This document shows, piece after piece, positions 9,437 to 18,653 of a stretch of DNA of 64,000 nucleotides. The stretch covers positions 8,518 through 72,517 of the forward strand of contig PHAL01000014.1 of NCBI GenBank assembly GCA_002840355.1, written 5' to 3'. How positions within the stretch are numbered: position 1 is the first letter of the stretch; the number at the start of each line of letters is the position of its first letter. The translations under genes were made by a program, and so were the position numbers. Source of the DNA: Elusimicrobia bacterium HGW-Elusimicrobia-3. Lineage in GTDB: Bacteria > Elusimicrobiota > Elusimicrobia > Elusimicrobiales > UBA9959. Below the pieces are notes generated by a model. That model saw only the letters and a list, made by a program, of their open reading frames with translations. It was not told where the DNA came from and searched no databases.

Positions 9437-10444
9437 ATGAAAAACATCGTAAAGAACACTCTGATAGCTGCGGCCGGCGTGCTCATACTGCCCGTCCTCT
9501 CCTTTGCCAGCGGCAAGAGCATCTACGGCGAAGACGACCGCAAGGACTTCTTCCAGATGTCCGGCGACATGCAGGCCGTGGCCAATTCCGTGGTCTCCAT
9601 GTGGAAGTCCGCTTCCGTGACCGCCGAAGGCTCAGACTTCAAACTGACCACGATGAACTTCGGCGACCGCCTGAACCTCTGCCCCGATGAGAAGTTCCGC
9701 GAGCAGCCCATAGGGGCCTTCTGCTCCGGCTCGCTGGTGGGCGAGGACCTGATCCTGACGGCCGGGCACTGCATCAAGTCCGAGGCCCAGTGCCTGGACA
9801 CCAAGTTCGTCTTCGGCTACGGCGTTATGCGCGCCGGCGCCGAGGCTGTTACCACCGTGCCCTCCGCCAACGTCTACGGCTGCGCCAAGGTCGTAAAGCG
9901 CTTCCTGGGCGGCGAGCCGGGCTCGCCCTTCCCCGCCGGCCAGCGCCTGGGCGCGGACTACGCCCTGATACAGCTCGACCGCAAGGTCTCCGGCCGCAAG
10001 CCGCTGGCGGTCAACAGGGGCGCCGCCCTTAAGAAGGGCGACGGCATCTTCGTGATCGGCCACCCGGTGGGCCTGCCCGTCAAGCTGGCCGGCAGCGCCA
10101 CCGTGCGCGACTTCTCCAAAGCCGGCTACTTCGTGGCCGACCTGGACACCTTCGGCGGCAACTCCGGCTCTCCGGTCTTCAACACCCGCACAAAGAAGAT
10201 AGAAGGCATCCTGGTGCGCGGCGACGAGGACTTCCTCGACAGCCCCGCCGGCTGCACGACGATGGCCACCTACGAGCAGACCGGCGGCCGCGGCGAGGAC
10301 GTGACCAAGATCTCGGAGATCTCCGCGACCATCCCCAGGCTGGCCGGCGAGAAGGCGGCCCCCGAGGAGATAGAGGTCAGGGACGTGGATACCAGCGGCA
10401 TACAGCCGGTGGAAGCGGCTTCCAGGACCCTCTCCTTCGACTAA
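9437..10444 (+). CDS. Secreted trypsin-like (S1, V8/Glu-specific-like) serine endopeptidase
   Basis: Signal peptide MKNIVKNTLIAAAGVLILPVLSFASG. Catalytic triad contexts LTAGHCI, DYALIQL and GGNSGSPVF. GGAGG RBS. Confidence 0.8.
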   Translation: MKNIVKNTLIAAAGVLILPVLSFASGKSIYGEDDRKDFFQMSGDMQAVANSVVSMWKSASVTAEGSDFKLTTMNFGDRLNLCPDEKFREQPIGAFCSGSLVGEDLILTAGHCIKSEAQCLDTKFVFGYGVMRAGAEAVTTVPSANVYGCAKVVKRFLGGEPGSPFPAGQRLGADYALIQLDRKVSGRKPLAVNRGAALKKGDGIFVIGHPVGLPVKLAGSATVRDFSKAGYFVADLDTFGGNSGSPVFNTRTKKIEGILVRGDEDFLDSPAGCTTMATYEQTGGRGEDVTKISEISATIPRLAGEKAAPEEIEVRDVDTSGIQPVEAASRTLSFD

Positions 10445-10461
10445 CAGATCGGGCTTAAGAG

Positions 10462-10498
10462 AACGCGCCCGGGGGCAGCCCCGGGCGCGTTGTTTTTT
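10462..10498 (+). terminator. Rho-independent terminator
   Basis: 13-bp stem AACGCGCCCGGGG/CCCCGGGCGCGTT, loop gcag, followed by a T6 run. Confidence 0.85.
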
Positions 10499-10533
10499 GG
10501 CGGGCGCCGCGTTAATTTTTGTATCCTTATATC

Positions 10534-12047
10534 GTGAAAACCCTGTCGCTTGCGGCCGCCACGGCCGCGCTGCTGCTGGCCGGCTGCGCCGCCCCGGGCA
10601 AAAGACTGCTGGCCGATGACGCCCTGGTAAGGGCCTCGGCCCTGGAAGCGGCGGCGGGCGAACCTTCGAAGGTAAAATTCAAAATAGTCGCGCGCCTGCG
10701 CAAGGCCCTGGCCGGCAAGCAATCCCGGAACAGGGCCTACGCCGTAACGGCGCTGGAGGATATCGGCCCCGAGGCGCGGCGGGCCGCCCCCGAGCTGATG
10801 GCGGCGCTGGGCGACGAGGACCCTTTCGTTTCAGCCGCCGCCGAACGGACACTGATTAAATTAAAAGGTACGGCCCCGGCTCTGGCCGGCGCCCTGCTCT
10901 CTCCCGACCCGCTGCTGAGAAGTAAAGCCCCGGAGATACTGGCCGCGCAGGGGGAGGCCGGCGTGCTGGCCGTGGCCGCGAATTTCGAAAAAGGCAGCCG
11001 GGAACTGGCGCTGGAATCCTGCTATGCGCTCGGCCGACTGGGCCCGGCCGCCGAGAAAGCCGTGCCGGCGCTGGCCAGGGCGGCGTCCAGTTCAGACGCC
11101 GAGGTAAAGGCCGCGGCCTTAGGTGCGCTCTCGAATATAGCAACCCGCGCTCGCGCGCCGGCGCCGCGGCGCTGCTGGCCGCCATGCCGGCGCCGCCGGA
11201 AGAGGCGCTGGAAGCCCTGGCCGCCGCCCTGGAAGACCCTGACGGCGCGGTCAGGGAGAATGCCGGCGCCGCGCTCGCGGCCTTCACGCCGGAAATAATG
11301 AACACCCTGCCCTCCGGCCTGCTGCCGGTGCTGTCCAAGGCCGCCGCGGCCGCCGGCAGCAAGGAGTCCGGCCCGGCCCTGCTGGCCCTGGTCAGGACGG
11401 GGCGGGCCGAGGGGAAATGGCTGGCCGCCGCGCTGCGCTCGCCCGAGCCGGGCACCCGCGAAGCCGCGGCGCTGGCGCTGCTGCTGATGTTCCCGCCGCC
11501 GCGGGAAGCGGCCGCGCCGCTGCTGGAAACGCTCAAAGACGAGGACCTGAAGGTGCGCCGGGCCGCCGCCTCGGCGCTGGGCAATTACGCCGTCGCCAGC
11601 CCCGCCGCCCTGCCGGCCGGCACCGTAGCGGCCCTGCTGGAGGCCACGCGCGACGCTGACCCGGAAACCCGCAACCTGGCCGTCTTCCCGCTGGGCAGGC
11701 TGGCGCCGGCTGACAAGAGCGCCCTGGCCGCCGTGATCCAGGCCCTGGCCAACGCCGACCCCGAGGTGCGCGTCTCCGCGGCCGCGGCCCTGACCGCCGC
11801 CGGCAAAGCAGCGGCCGCCGCCGAGACGGCGCTGTGGAAAGTTTTCCGTTCGCGCGACTGCCGGCAGAAGACGGCCGCCGCCAGGGCGCTGGCCGCCGTA
11901 AAGCCGGAGCTGCGCCGCCTGCCGGCCGTAGCCCGGGCCCTCAGGACCATCTGCCCCGCGGCGAAAACCGCGCCGCCCGACCCGGCCGCCCTGCCCGGCC
12001 TCGCGCCGAAGAAAAAGAGAAAGCCGGCCGTAAAGGCCGCGCCCTAG
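10534..12047 (+). pseudogene. HEAT-repeat lipoprotein whose reading frame is broken by a 1-nt shift near nt 11140-11185 (track ORFs 10519-11298 and 11184-12047)
   Basis: The GTG at 10534 gives MKTLSLAAATAALLLAGC, a lipobox. Both pieces carry HEAT/PBS-lyase-like repeats (..AL.ALG.IGPEA..A.P.L..AL.D.D..VR..AA.AL). The upstream frame turns into Arg/Pro/Trp-rich nonsense after ..GALSNIATRA, while the other frame continues ..AGAAALLAAMPAPPEEALEAL. Confidence 0.6.
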
Positions 12048-12053
12048 GAACCC

Positions 12054-12776
12054 ATGACCCGAGCGCTGGAGATCACAGGACTGGTCAAGAAATATAAGGA
12101 CTTCGAGGCCGTGGCCGGTCTCGATTTCAGCGTGGCCCCGGGCGAGATCTTCGCCCTCGTCGGCCCCAACGGCGTGGGCAAATCCACGACGCTCAAGATG
12201 ATAGCCACCATCCTCACCCCGACGGCGGGCAGCGTGAGCGTGTTCGGCCTGGACACGATCCGCGACGCGCACGCAGTGCGCGAGACTATCAGCTACCTGC
12301 CCGAAGAGGCCGGCGCCTACAAGAACCTCACCGGCCGCGAGTACCTGGACTTCATGGCCATGGTCTTCCTGAAGGACGGGCCTAAAGCCCGCGCCGCCGC
12401 GGCCGAGGGGGAACGCCTGTCCGCCCTGGGCGCGCGGCTCGGCGACAAGATCAAGACCTACAGCAAGGGCATGGCCCGAAAACTCCTGCTCGCCCGAGCC
12501 GTCATGATACGGCCGCGCCTGGCCATCCTCGACGAGCCCACCAGCGGCCTCGACATCGTGAACGCCTACGAGATACGCAAGACCATCAAGGCGCTGGCCG
12601 CCGGCGGCATGACTTTCCTGATCTCGAGCCACAACATGGGGGAGATAGAGTTCCTCTCGGACCGCATAGGCGTCATCAACAAGGGGCGTATGCTGGCCTG
12701 CGACACGCCGGCCGCGCTCAAGGCCAGGTTCGCCACCGAGGACCTGGAAGAGGTATTCATAAAACTCACGCAATGA
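12054..12776 (+). CDS. ABC transporter ATP-binding protein (ABC-2/NatA-like exporter type)
   Basis: Walker A GPNGVGKST, signature YSKGMARKL, Walker B LAILDEPTSGLD, H-loop SSHNM. Confidence 0.9.
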   Translation: MTRALEITGLVKKYKDFEAVAGLDFSVAPGEIFALVGPNGVGKSTTLKMIATILTPTAGSVSVFGLDTIRDAHAVRETISYLPEEAGAYKNLTGREYLDFMAMVFLKDGPKARAAAAEGERLSALGARLGDKIKTYSKGMARKLLLARAVMIRPRLAILDEPTSGLDIVNAYEIRKTIKALAAGGMTFLISSHNMGEIEFLSDRIGVINKGRMLACDTPAALKARFATEDLEEVFIKLTQ

Positions 12777-14065
12777 ACATCTTCTTCGTCCTGCTGAAAA
12801 AAGAGATCAAGGAGCTGCTCACCGCGCAGCTGGTGATCACGATAGCGGTCACGCTGCTGGTCTTCCACGTTATTGGCAAGGCCGTGGGCAGCCACAACAA
12901 GTCCTCGGCCGCCCGCAACGGCGTCGTAGTGCTGGACCTGGACCGCTCGGACCTGTCGGCCCGCCTGATAAAGGCTATAGCCGGTACCAGGACCAAACCC
13001 AGCGCCGCCCCGCAGCGTGACATAGCCGCCGCCATGGCCGCGCCCGAGTACGCCGCCGAGAATTCCTTCATGGTCATTCCCGCCGGCCTGCAGGCCGCCG
13101 TCAGGGCGGGTAAGACCTCTAACATAGACTACTACTCCCGCTTCAGGCGGCAGGCCTCGGGCCTGGGGCCGGCTATCGCCGCCTCGCAGATACGCCGCAC
13201 GCAGCAGGCGGCCGCCAGGGAAACCGTCGCCTACCTGATGGAGCTGCGCCTGCCCGGCCTGGATCCCGACTTCCTGCGCGCCCCGGCCCCGCCCAGGGAA
13301 TTCGCCGTGATCAACGGCCTCACCGCCGAGGTCTCTCTGTCGCAGGTCATCGGCTTCATCCAGTCCCAGTCCTATTTCTTCCCTATCGCCGTGTTCTTCA
13401 TCGTCATCCTCTCGGCCCAGATGATCATGACCGCCGTGGCCAGCGAGAAGGAGAACAAGACGCTCGAGACGCTGCTGAGTTCGCCGCTGGACCGCCGCCT
13501 GCTGGTGATGAGCAAGCTGGCCGCCGCCACCCTGATCGCCGCCGCGCTCTCCGGGGCCTATATGCTGGGCATGCGCTCTTTCATGGCCGGCGTCACCGGC
13601 CTGGGCGCCGACCCCTCCGTGGCCGTGGCCGCCGCCGGCCCCGCGCTGGCCGCGCTGGGCGTGATGATCAGCGGCCCGGGCTACCTGCTGGTCGGCCTGT
13701 CGGTGATGTTCTGCATACTCTGCGCGCTCTCCATCGCCTTCATCCTCGGCATCCTCTCCGAGGACGTGAAAAGCATACAGACCATGATGACCCCGCTGAT
13801 GATGCCGCTGATGCTGGCCTACCTGCTGCCGATCTTCATAGACATGAGCACCGCCCATTTCGGCCTGAAGCTGCTGCTCTACGCCATCCCGTTCACTCAC
13901 GCCTTCATGGCGCCGCAGAACGTGATGATGGGCAATGTAGCGCAGGTGTGGTGGGGGATACTCTACCAGGCCGCCGTGTTCGCGGTCTGCGTGAATATTT
14001 CCACGCGGCTGTTCTCCGGCGACGCGCTGCTGACGCTGCGCCTGCGCCTGCCGTGGACTAAATAG
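12773..14065 (+). CDS. ABC-2 family transporter permease (NatB-like, with a large extracytoplasmic loop)
   Basis: Its start overlaps the ATPase stop (ATGA). An N-terminal TM segment and a loop of about 150 aa are followed by 5 TM segments, with the motif EKENKTLETLLSSP typical of ABC-2 permeases. Confidence 0.8.
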   Translation: MNIFFVLLKKEIKELLTAQLVITIAVTLLVFHVIGKAVGSHNKSSAARNGVVVLDLDRSDLSARLIKAIAGTRTKPSAAPQRDIAAAMAAPEYAAENSFMVIPAGLQAAVRAGKTSNIDYYSRFRRQASGLGPAIAASQIRRTQQAAARETVAYLMELRLPGLDPDFLRAPAPPREFAVINGLTAEVSLSQVIGFIQSQSYFFPIAVFFIVILSAQMIMTAVASEKENKTLETLLSSPLDRRLLVMSKLAAATLIAAALSGAYMLGMRSFMAGVTGLGADPSVAVAAAGPALAALGVMISGPGYLLVGLSVMFCILCALSIAFILGILSEDVKSIQTMMTPLMMPLMLAYLLPIFIDMSTAHFGLKLLLYAIPFTHAFMAPQNVMMGNVAQVWWGILYQAAVFAVCVNISTRLFSGDALLTLRLRLPWTK

Positions 14066-14073
14066 GAGGGAGA

Positions 14074-14607
14074 ATGAAGAAGAACTACCCGCTAGCCAAA
14101 GTTTACTCACTGCTGGAATCCGGCCCGGTGATCATGCTCAGCTCGGCCTATAAGGGCCGCGCCAACGTTATGACGCTGTCCTGGCACAGCATGATAGATT
14201 TCGACCCGCCGCTCGTCGGCTGCGTGATCGGCGACGGCAGCCACACCTTCAAGCTGGTCAAGGCCTCTAAGGAATGCGTGATCAACATCCCTACCTTCGC
14301 CATCGCGGCCAAGGCCGTGGCCTGCGGCAATGTCTCCGGGGCCAAAGCGGACAAGTTCGAGAAGTTCGGCCTGACGCCGCAGCCCGCCTCCCTCGTGCGG
14401 GCGCCGCTGATAAAGGAATGCTACGCCAGCCTGGAATGCCGGCTGCACGACGCGCGCCTGGCGGGGAAATACAACCTGTTCATCTTCAAGGTGGTGAAAG
14501 CCTGGGTGGACGGCGCCGTCAAAGATCCCCGCACCGTGCATCACCGCGGCGGCGAGAATTTCTTCGTGGCCGGCCGGACGGTGAAGATCCCCAACAAGAT
14601 GGCTTGA
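14074..14607 (+). CDS. Flavin reductase-like FMN-binding (split-barrel) protein
   Basis: Length 177 aa. Pattern ..GPVIMLSS....ANVMTLSWHSMIDFDPPLVGCVI.....T..L.....ECVINIP.. typical of the Flavin_Reduct domain. Confidence 0.7.
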   Translation: MKKNYPLAKVYSLLESGPVIMLSSAYKGRANVMTLSWHSMIDFDPPLVGCVIGDGSHTFKLVKASKECVINIPTFAIAAKAVACGNVSGAKADKFEKFGLTPQPASLVRAPLIKECYASLECRLHDARLAGKYNLFIFKVVKAWVDGAVKDPRTVHHRGGENFFVAGRTVKIPNKMA

Positions 14608-14623
14608 ACGCCGCGCAAAAAAA

Positions 14624-14657
14624 GAACAGGCCGCTGCAAGGCGGCCTGTTCCGTTTT
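14624..14657. terminator. Bidirectional terminator between convergent genes
   Basis: 11-bp stem GAACAGGCCGC/GCGGCCTGTTC, loop tgcaag, an A7 run upstream and TTTT downstream. Confidence 0.75.
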
Positions 14658-14669
14658 ATAGGGGCTGGT

Positions 14670-15050
14670 TCAGTAGGGCTTGCGGGTCTCGCCGGTGCGG
14701 CGCACCGTCTCGTAGGAGAAGGCCGGCAGGCAGATGGCGATATACTCGGCGCCCTCGGGGTCGGGGGTGGAATAACGCACGCGCTCGCCGGGCTCCATGA
14801 TCAGGGCCTGCTTGGCCCGCACGTCGAAGGTGCCGTTCTGCGTCTCCACGCGCAGCAGGCCCCGCAGCACCAGCGTGTACTCGGTGAACAGCGGGTTCTG
14901 CTCCGGCTCTATCCAGCCCCCGGGGCTGACCATCCGCGCCACGCTGATCGTGGTGGTCTTGGAATTGGCGCGGCCGATATACTCCTCGATGATCTTGGGC
15001 TTGTTGCCCGCGGCCGGCACGACTATGGGTTTTTCTATGAATATGGCCAT
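14670..15050 (-). CDS. Cupin-fold protein
   Basis: 126 aa with a beta-rich pattern (..ISVARMVSPGGWIEPEQNPLFTEYTLVLRGLLRVE...G.FDV...QALIMEPGERVRYS) consistent with a cupin barrel. Confidence 0.55.
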   Translation of the reverse strand: MAIFIEKPIVVPAAGNKPKIIEEYIGRANSKTTTISVARMVSPGGWIEPEQNPLFTEYTLVLRGLLRVETQNGTFDVRAKQALIMEPGERVRYSTPDPEGAEYIAICLPAFSYETVRRTGETRKPY

Positions 15051-15154
15051 ACGCTCCCCCTGAAAATTGTTTAGTTTATTCTATCAAAAAGCCGGCGGCG
15101 CTTTTTAACGGCGGGCTTATTTTGTAAACTTGTCTGAACTTTTAAGAGGTAAAC

Positions 15155-16483
15155 ATGGCAAAATCTCTCGGCGGCAAACTCCACACCAAGATACTGGCCG
15201 GCCTGCTCCTGGGCGCGGCGCTGGGCATACTGGCCAACACCCTGCTGGGCGGACATCACCCCTTTACGGAATGGGTCAACCATTACGTGGCCGGCCCGCT
15301 GGGGCAGGTCTTCCTGCGCATGCTATTCATGATAGTGATGCCGCTGGTCTTCGCCTCCATAGCTCTCGGCGTGGCCGGCCTGGGCGACCTGAGGCGGGTG
15401 GGGCGCATAGGCGGCAAGGCCGTGGGCTATTTCCTGGCCACCACCTTCCTGGCCGCGGCCACCGGCCTGTTCTTCGTCGGCGTGCTCAGGCCCGGCGACG
15501 CCATCGACGCGCCCGTGAAGGCCGAGCTGATGGCCACCTACGCCGGGGACGCCTCCGCCAAGCTGGCCTCGGCCTCCGGCGGGGGCTTCGGCGTGCACAC
15601 CTTCGTCAACATCGTCACCCGCAACCCGGTAAAGTCCGCCGTGGAGGGGGACATGCTGGGCATCATCTTCTTCGGCATCGTGTTCGGCGCGGCCCTGACG
15701 CTGATCCCGGCGGCCCGCGCCAAGCCCATGCTGGACCTGCTGCAATCCCTCAACGACGCGGTAATAGCCATCGTGGGCATGGCCATGCGCCTGGCGCCCT
15801 ACGGCGTGACCGCGCTGATCTTCGGCGTCACCTCCCGCTTCGGCTTCGCGCTGCTGCTGCCGCTGGGCGGCTACATGCTGGTGGTGCTCGGGGCGCTGCT
15901 GTTCCACGCCGTGGTCAACCTGTCGCTGGTGCTGCGCCTGCTCGTAGGCATTTCCCCGGCGCTCTTCTTTGCCCGCGTGCGCTCGGCCGTGGTCACGGCC
16001 TTCTCCACCAGCTCCAGCTCCGCCACGCTGCCCACCGCGCTCGACGCCGCCGAACAGGGCCTCGGCGTGCCCCCGAAGATAGCCGGCTTCGTGCTGCCGC
16101 TGGGATCTACGATGTGCATGAACGGCACCTCCATCTTCGAGGGCGTGACGGCCATCTTCCTCTGCCAGGTGTTCGGCATAGACCTGAACCTGGTGCAGAT
16201 GACGGTGATAGTGGTGATGTCCGTGATCACGGCTATTGGCGCGGCCGGCGTGCCGGGCGGCTCCATCCCGCTGCTGGCCGGCATCGTGGCCATGTTCGGC
16301 GTGCCCGCCGAGGGCATAGCGATAATTTTGGGCGTGGACCGGCTGCTGGACATGAGCCGCACCGCGGTCAATGTCTACGGGGATATCAGCGCCACCGCTT
16401 TCGTGGCCCGCTCGGAAGGGCTGTGGAACGCCTCTATGGTGCAGGACCCCCGTCAGGCCGTACCGGCCCCCGAAAGGGCATAA
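15155..16483 (+). CDS. Dicarboxylate/amino acid:cation (Na+/H+) symporter, DAACS/GltP family
   Basis: Membrane protein of 442 aa with DAACS hallmarks (TSSSSATLP, GSTMCMNGTSIFEGV, GVPGGS, VDRLLDMSRTAVNVYGD). Confidence 0.85.
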   Translation: MAKSLGGKLHTKILAGLLLGAALGILANTLLGGHHPFTEWVNHYVAGPLGQVFLRMLFMIVMPLVFASIALGVAGLGDLRRVGRIGGKAVGYFLATTFLAAATGLFFVGVLRPGDAIDAPVKAELMATYAGDASAKLASASGGGFGVHTFVNIVTRNPVKSAVEGDMLGIIFFGIVFGAALTLIPAARAKPMLDLLQSLNDAVIAIVGMAMRLAPYGVTALIFGVTSRFGFALLLPLGGYMLVVLGALLFHAVVNLSLVLRLLVGISPALFFARVRSAVVTAFSTSSSSATLPTALDAAEQGLGVPPKIAGFVLPLGSTMCMNGTSIFEGVTAIFLCQVFGIDLNLVQMTVIVVMSVITAIGAAGVPGGSIPLLAGIVAMFGVPAEGIAIILGVDRLLDMSRTAVNVYGDISATAFVARSEGLWNASMVQDPRQAVPAPERA

Positions 16484-16634
16484 AAGCGGGGCGGACCCGC
16501 TTGGTCCGCCCTCTGCCAGGGTTCCAACTGTTACCGCTACTGCCTGCTTGGGGTGGAACCCCTTCCCCGATTATAGTCTAGCTCACGGTATCGCATTTTT
16601 CAAGGGCCCTTTGGCCCGTTACGGACCGGTAAAT

Positions 16635-17480
16635 ATGGAAATAAAGATCGGCATGGACTATTCGCAGATGGAGGACCCGGAGCGCCGCTTCGACCGCATG
16701 GCGCGCCTGGTAGGCCCCGCCGGCATGGAGAAACTGCGCCGGTCGCACGTGATGGTGATAGGCTGCGGCGGCGTAGGTTCCTGGGCCGCCGAGACCGTGG
16801 CGCGCGCGGCGGTGGGCCGCGTGACCGTGGTAGACTTCGACACGGTCTGCATACGCAACTTCAACCGCCAGCTGCAGGCCCTGAGCGGCACCATCGGCCG
16901 GCCCAAGGCGCTGCTGCTGGCCGAACGCCTGCGGCTGGTGAACCCCGAGGCCAGGATCGACGGCGTGGCCAACTATTTCAACCACGAGACCTGCGACGCG
17001 CTGATGGCGGAACGTCCGGATTTCGTGATAGACGCCATAGACCATATCACCTCTAAATGTTTCCTGATAAATTACTGCCGCGAAAAGGCCCTGCCGCTGG
17101 TGGTCTCCACCGGCTCGGGCGGCCGCATAGACCCTACACAGGTACGGCTCATGGACCTGGGCCGCACCGAAGGCGACCCCCTGGCCCGCGCCGTGCGCGA
17201 CATACTGCGCAAGAAATACAACTTCCCTAAAAAGGGGGATTTCGGCATACAGGCCGTCTGCACGCTGGAACCCCATATGAAACCTCACGAGTCCATGGAG
17301 GCTACCGACTGCAAGGCCGGCTGCCTGTGCCCGCAGGGCGAGAACGAATTCCAGAGCTGCACCAAGAAGAGCGTGGTGCTGGGTACGGCAGGCTTCGTGA
17401 CCGGGGCCTTCGGCATGGCCTGCGCCTCGGCGGCCGTGCGGCATCTGACAACGGCCGAAAAAGAGCCGGCAAATAAGTAA
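16635..17480 (+). CDS. tcdA: tRNA threonylcarbamoyladenosine dehydratase (ThiF/MoeB-like E1 fold)
   Basis: RFDRMARLVGPAGMEKLRRSHVMVIGCGGVGSWAAETVARAAVGRVTVVDFDTVCIRNFNRQ is the TcdA/CsdL-type Rossmann motif. The ATG at 16635 is chosen because the track ORF from 16371 overlaps the transporter gene. Confidence 0.7.
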   Translation: MEIKIGMDYSQMEDPERRFDRMARLVGPAGMEKLRRSHVMVIGCGGVGSWAAETVARAAVGRVTVVDFDTVCIRNFNRQLQALSGTIGRPKALLLAERLRLVNPEARIDGVANYFNHETCDALMAERPDFVIDAIDHITSKCFLINYCREKALPLVVSTGSGGRIDPTQVRLMDLGRTEGDPLARAVRDILRKKYNFPKKGDFGIQAVCTLEPHMKPHESMEATDCKAGCLCPQGENEFQSCTKKSVVLGTAGFVTGAFGMACASAAVRHLTTAEKEPANK

Positions 17481-17489
17481 AATAAAGCC

Positions 17490-18074
17490 ATGGGGGAAGA
17501 AGAAGCAAGGCCAACCGAGGACTTCGACCTGCTGGCAGAGTTCAACGCCGGCAGCGAGGAGGCCTTTACCCGCATCGTAGAAAAACATGCCGGGCCCCTT
17601 ATCAATTTCCTCCACCGCTATACGCAAGACCGCGCCGAGAGCGAGGACATAGCCCAGGAAGCCTTCCTGAAACTCTACAAGGCCGCCCCGGGCCTGCGGC
17701 CGGACGCCAAACTTTCCACCATACTCTACAAGATCGCCTACCACCTGGCGGTGGACCGGGCCCGCAGGCTCAAAAGCCGTGCTGAGAGGGCCCCCACCAG
17801 CAGCCTGGACGCCGCACCGCCCGCTCGAGAGCCGGCTGCGGGACCGGGCGAAACCCCGGACGCCATCTATGAGGCGGCCCAGGCCAGCGGCACCCTGGCC
17901 GCCGTACTGGCCCAATTGCCAGAAGCGCAGCAGCTGGCCCTGATACTCAGGGCCTACGAAGGCCGCTCCTACGCCGAGATCGCCGAGATCATGGAGCTTT
18001 CCATTCCTTCCGTGGAATCCCTGCTCTTCCGCGCCCGCCGCACCCTGCAGGGCGGTTTGAAAGACGAAAGTTGA
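17490..18074 (+). CDS. ECF-subfamily RNA polymerase sigma-70 factor
   Basis: Region 2 (..DIAQEAFLKLY.. STILYKIAYHLAVDRARR) and region 4 (LPEAQQLALILRAYEGRSYAEIAEIMELSIPSVESLLFRARRTL). 194 aa. Confidence 0.9.
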   Translation: MGEEEARPTEDFDLLAEFNAGSEEAFTRIVEKHAGPLINFLHRYTQDRAESEDIAQEAFLKLYKAAPGLRPDAKLSTILYKIAYHLAVDRARRLKSRAERAPTSSLDAAPPAREPAAGPGETPDAIYEAAQASGTLAAVLAQLPEAQQLALILRAYEGRSYAEIAEIMELSIPSVESLLFRARRTLQGGLKDES

Positions 18075-18183
18075 CCGGGAACCCGTTAAATTGCAGTATT
18101 ACCTATGGGGGACTTCAGCATATATTCATGCCTGGAGCGATCGCTCCGTGTTCCGCCATATTTACAGATCGGGGGGAGGGGTT

Positions 18184-18594
18184 ATGATCAATTACGGATT
18201 CGTTAAAGAGATGACGCTGCCCTTTGAGGAGGCGGTGGCAGCGCTTACCGCCGCTCTGAAGAAGGAAGGCTTCGGCATACTGACCAAGATAGACCTCAGG
18301 GAAAAATTCAAGGAGAAGCTGGGCGTAGAGTTCCGGAACTACGTGATACTCGGGGCCTGCAACCCGGCTAACGCCTATAAGGCCCTGCAGGCGGAAGAGA
18401 ATATCGGGCTCCTACTCCCGTGCAACGCGATAGTATATGAGAAGGCCGGGCGAACGGCGGTGGCGATGATCAGGCCTTCGGCTTCCATGGGCAGTATAGA
18501 CAACGAGGCAGTCAAACCGGTCGCGGCGGAAGTAGAGGCGGCGCTGAGAAGGGCTCTCGACTCGCTCCCGGGAAGCTATACCTCTGGAAATTAG
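18184..18594 (+). CDS. DUF302-domain protein
   Basis: MINYGFVKEMTLPFEEAVAALTAALKKEGFGILTKIDLREKFKEKLGVEFRNYVILGACNPANAYKAL matches my recollection of the DUF302 fold signature. The ATG at 18184 follows a GGAGGGG RBS. The track start at 18091 is probably an extension. Confidence 0.7.
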   Translation: MINYGFVKEMTLPFEEAVAALTAALKKEGFGILTKIDLREKFKEKLGVEFRNYVILGACNPANAYKALQAEENIGLLLPCNAIVYEKAGRTAVAMIRPSASMGSIDNEAVKPVAAEVEAALRRALDSLPGSYTSGN

Positions 18595-18653
18595 AACGAA
18601 GGATCGCAAGTTTTTCACCGCTTTTGCGTTAAAGTGTATAAGAGGACAAACTT

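Noticed and set aside
8338-9690. A 450-aa ORF in an alternative frame spanning the membrane protein gene, the intergenic region and the protease start.
   Set aside because: Pro/Arg/Gly-rich composition. It crosses a well-formed promoter, RBS and signal peptide belonging to other frames.
18077-18110. A GGGAAC motif downstream of the sigma gene, considered as a possible ECF-type -35 for autoregulation.
   Set aside because: The sequence 16-17 nt downstream (TACCT) does not resemble the usual CGT or TC-rich ECF -10. One hexamer alone is not evidence.
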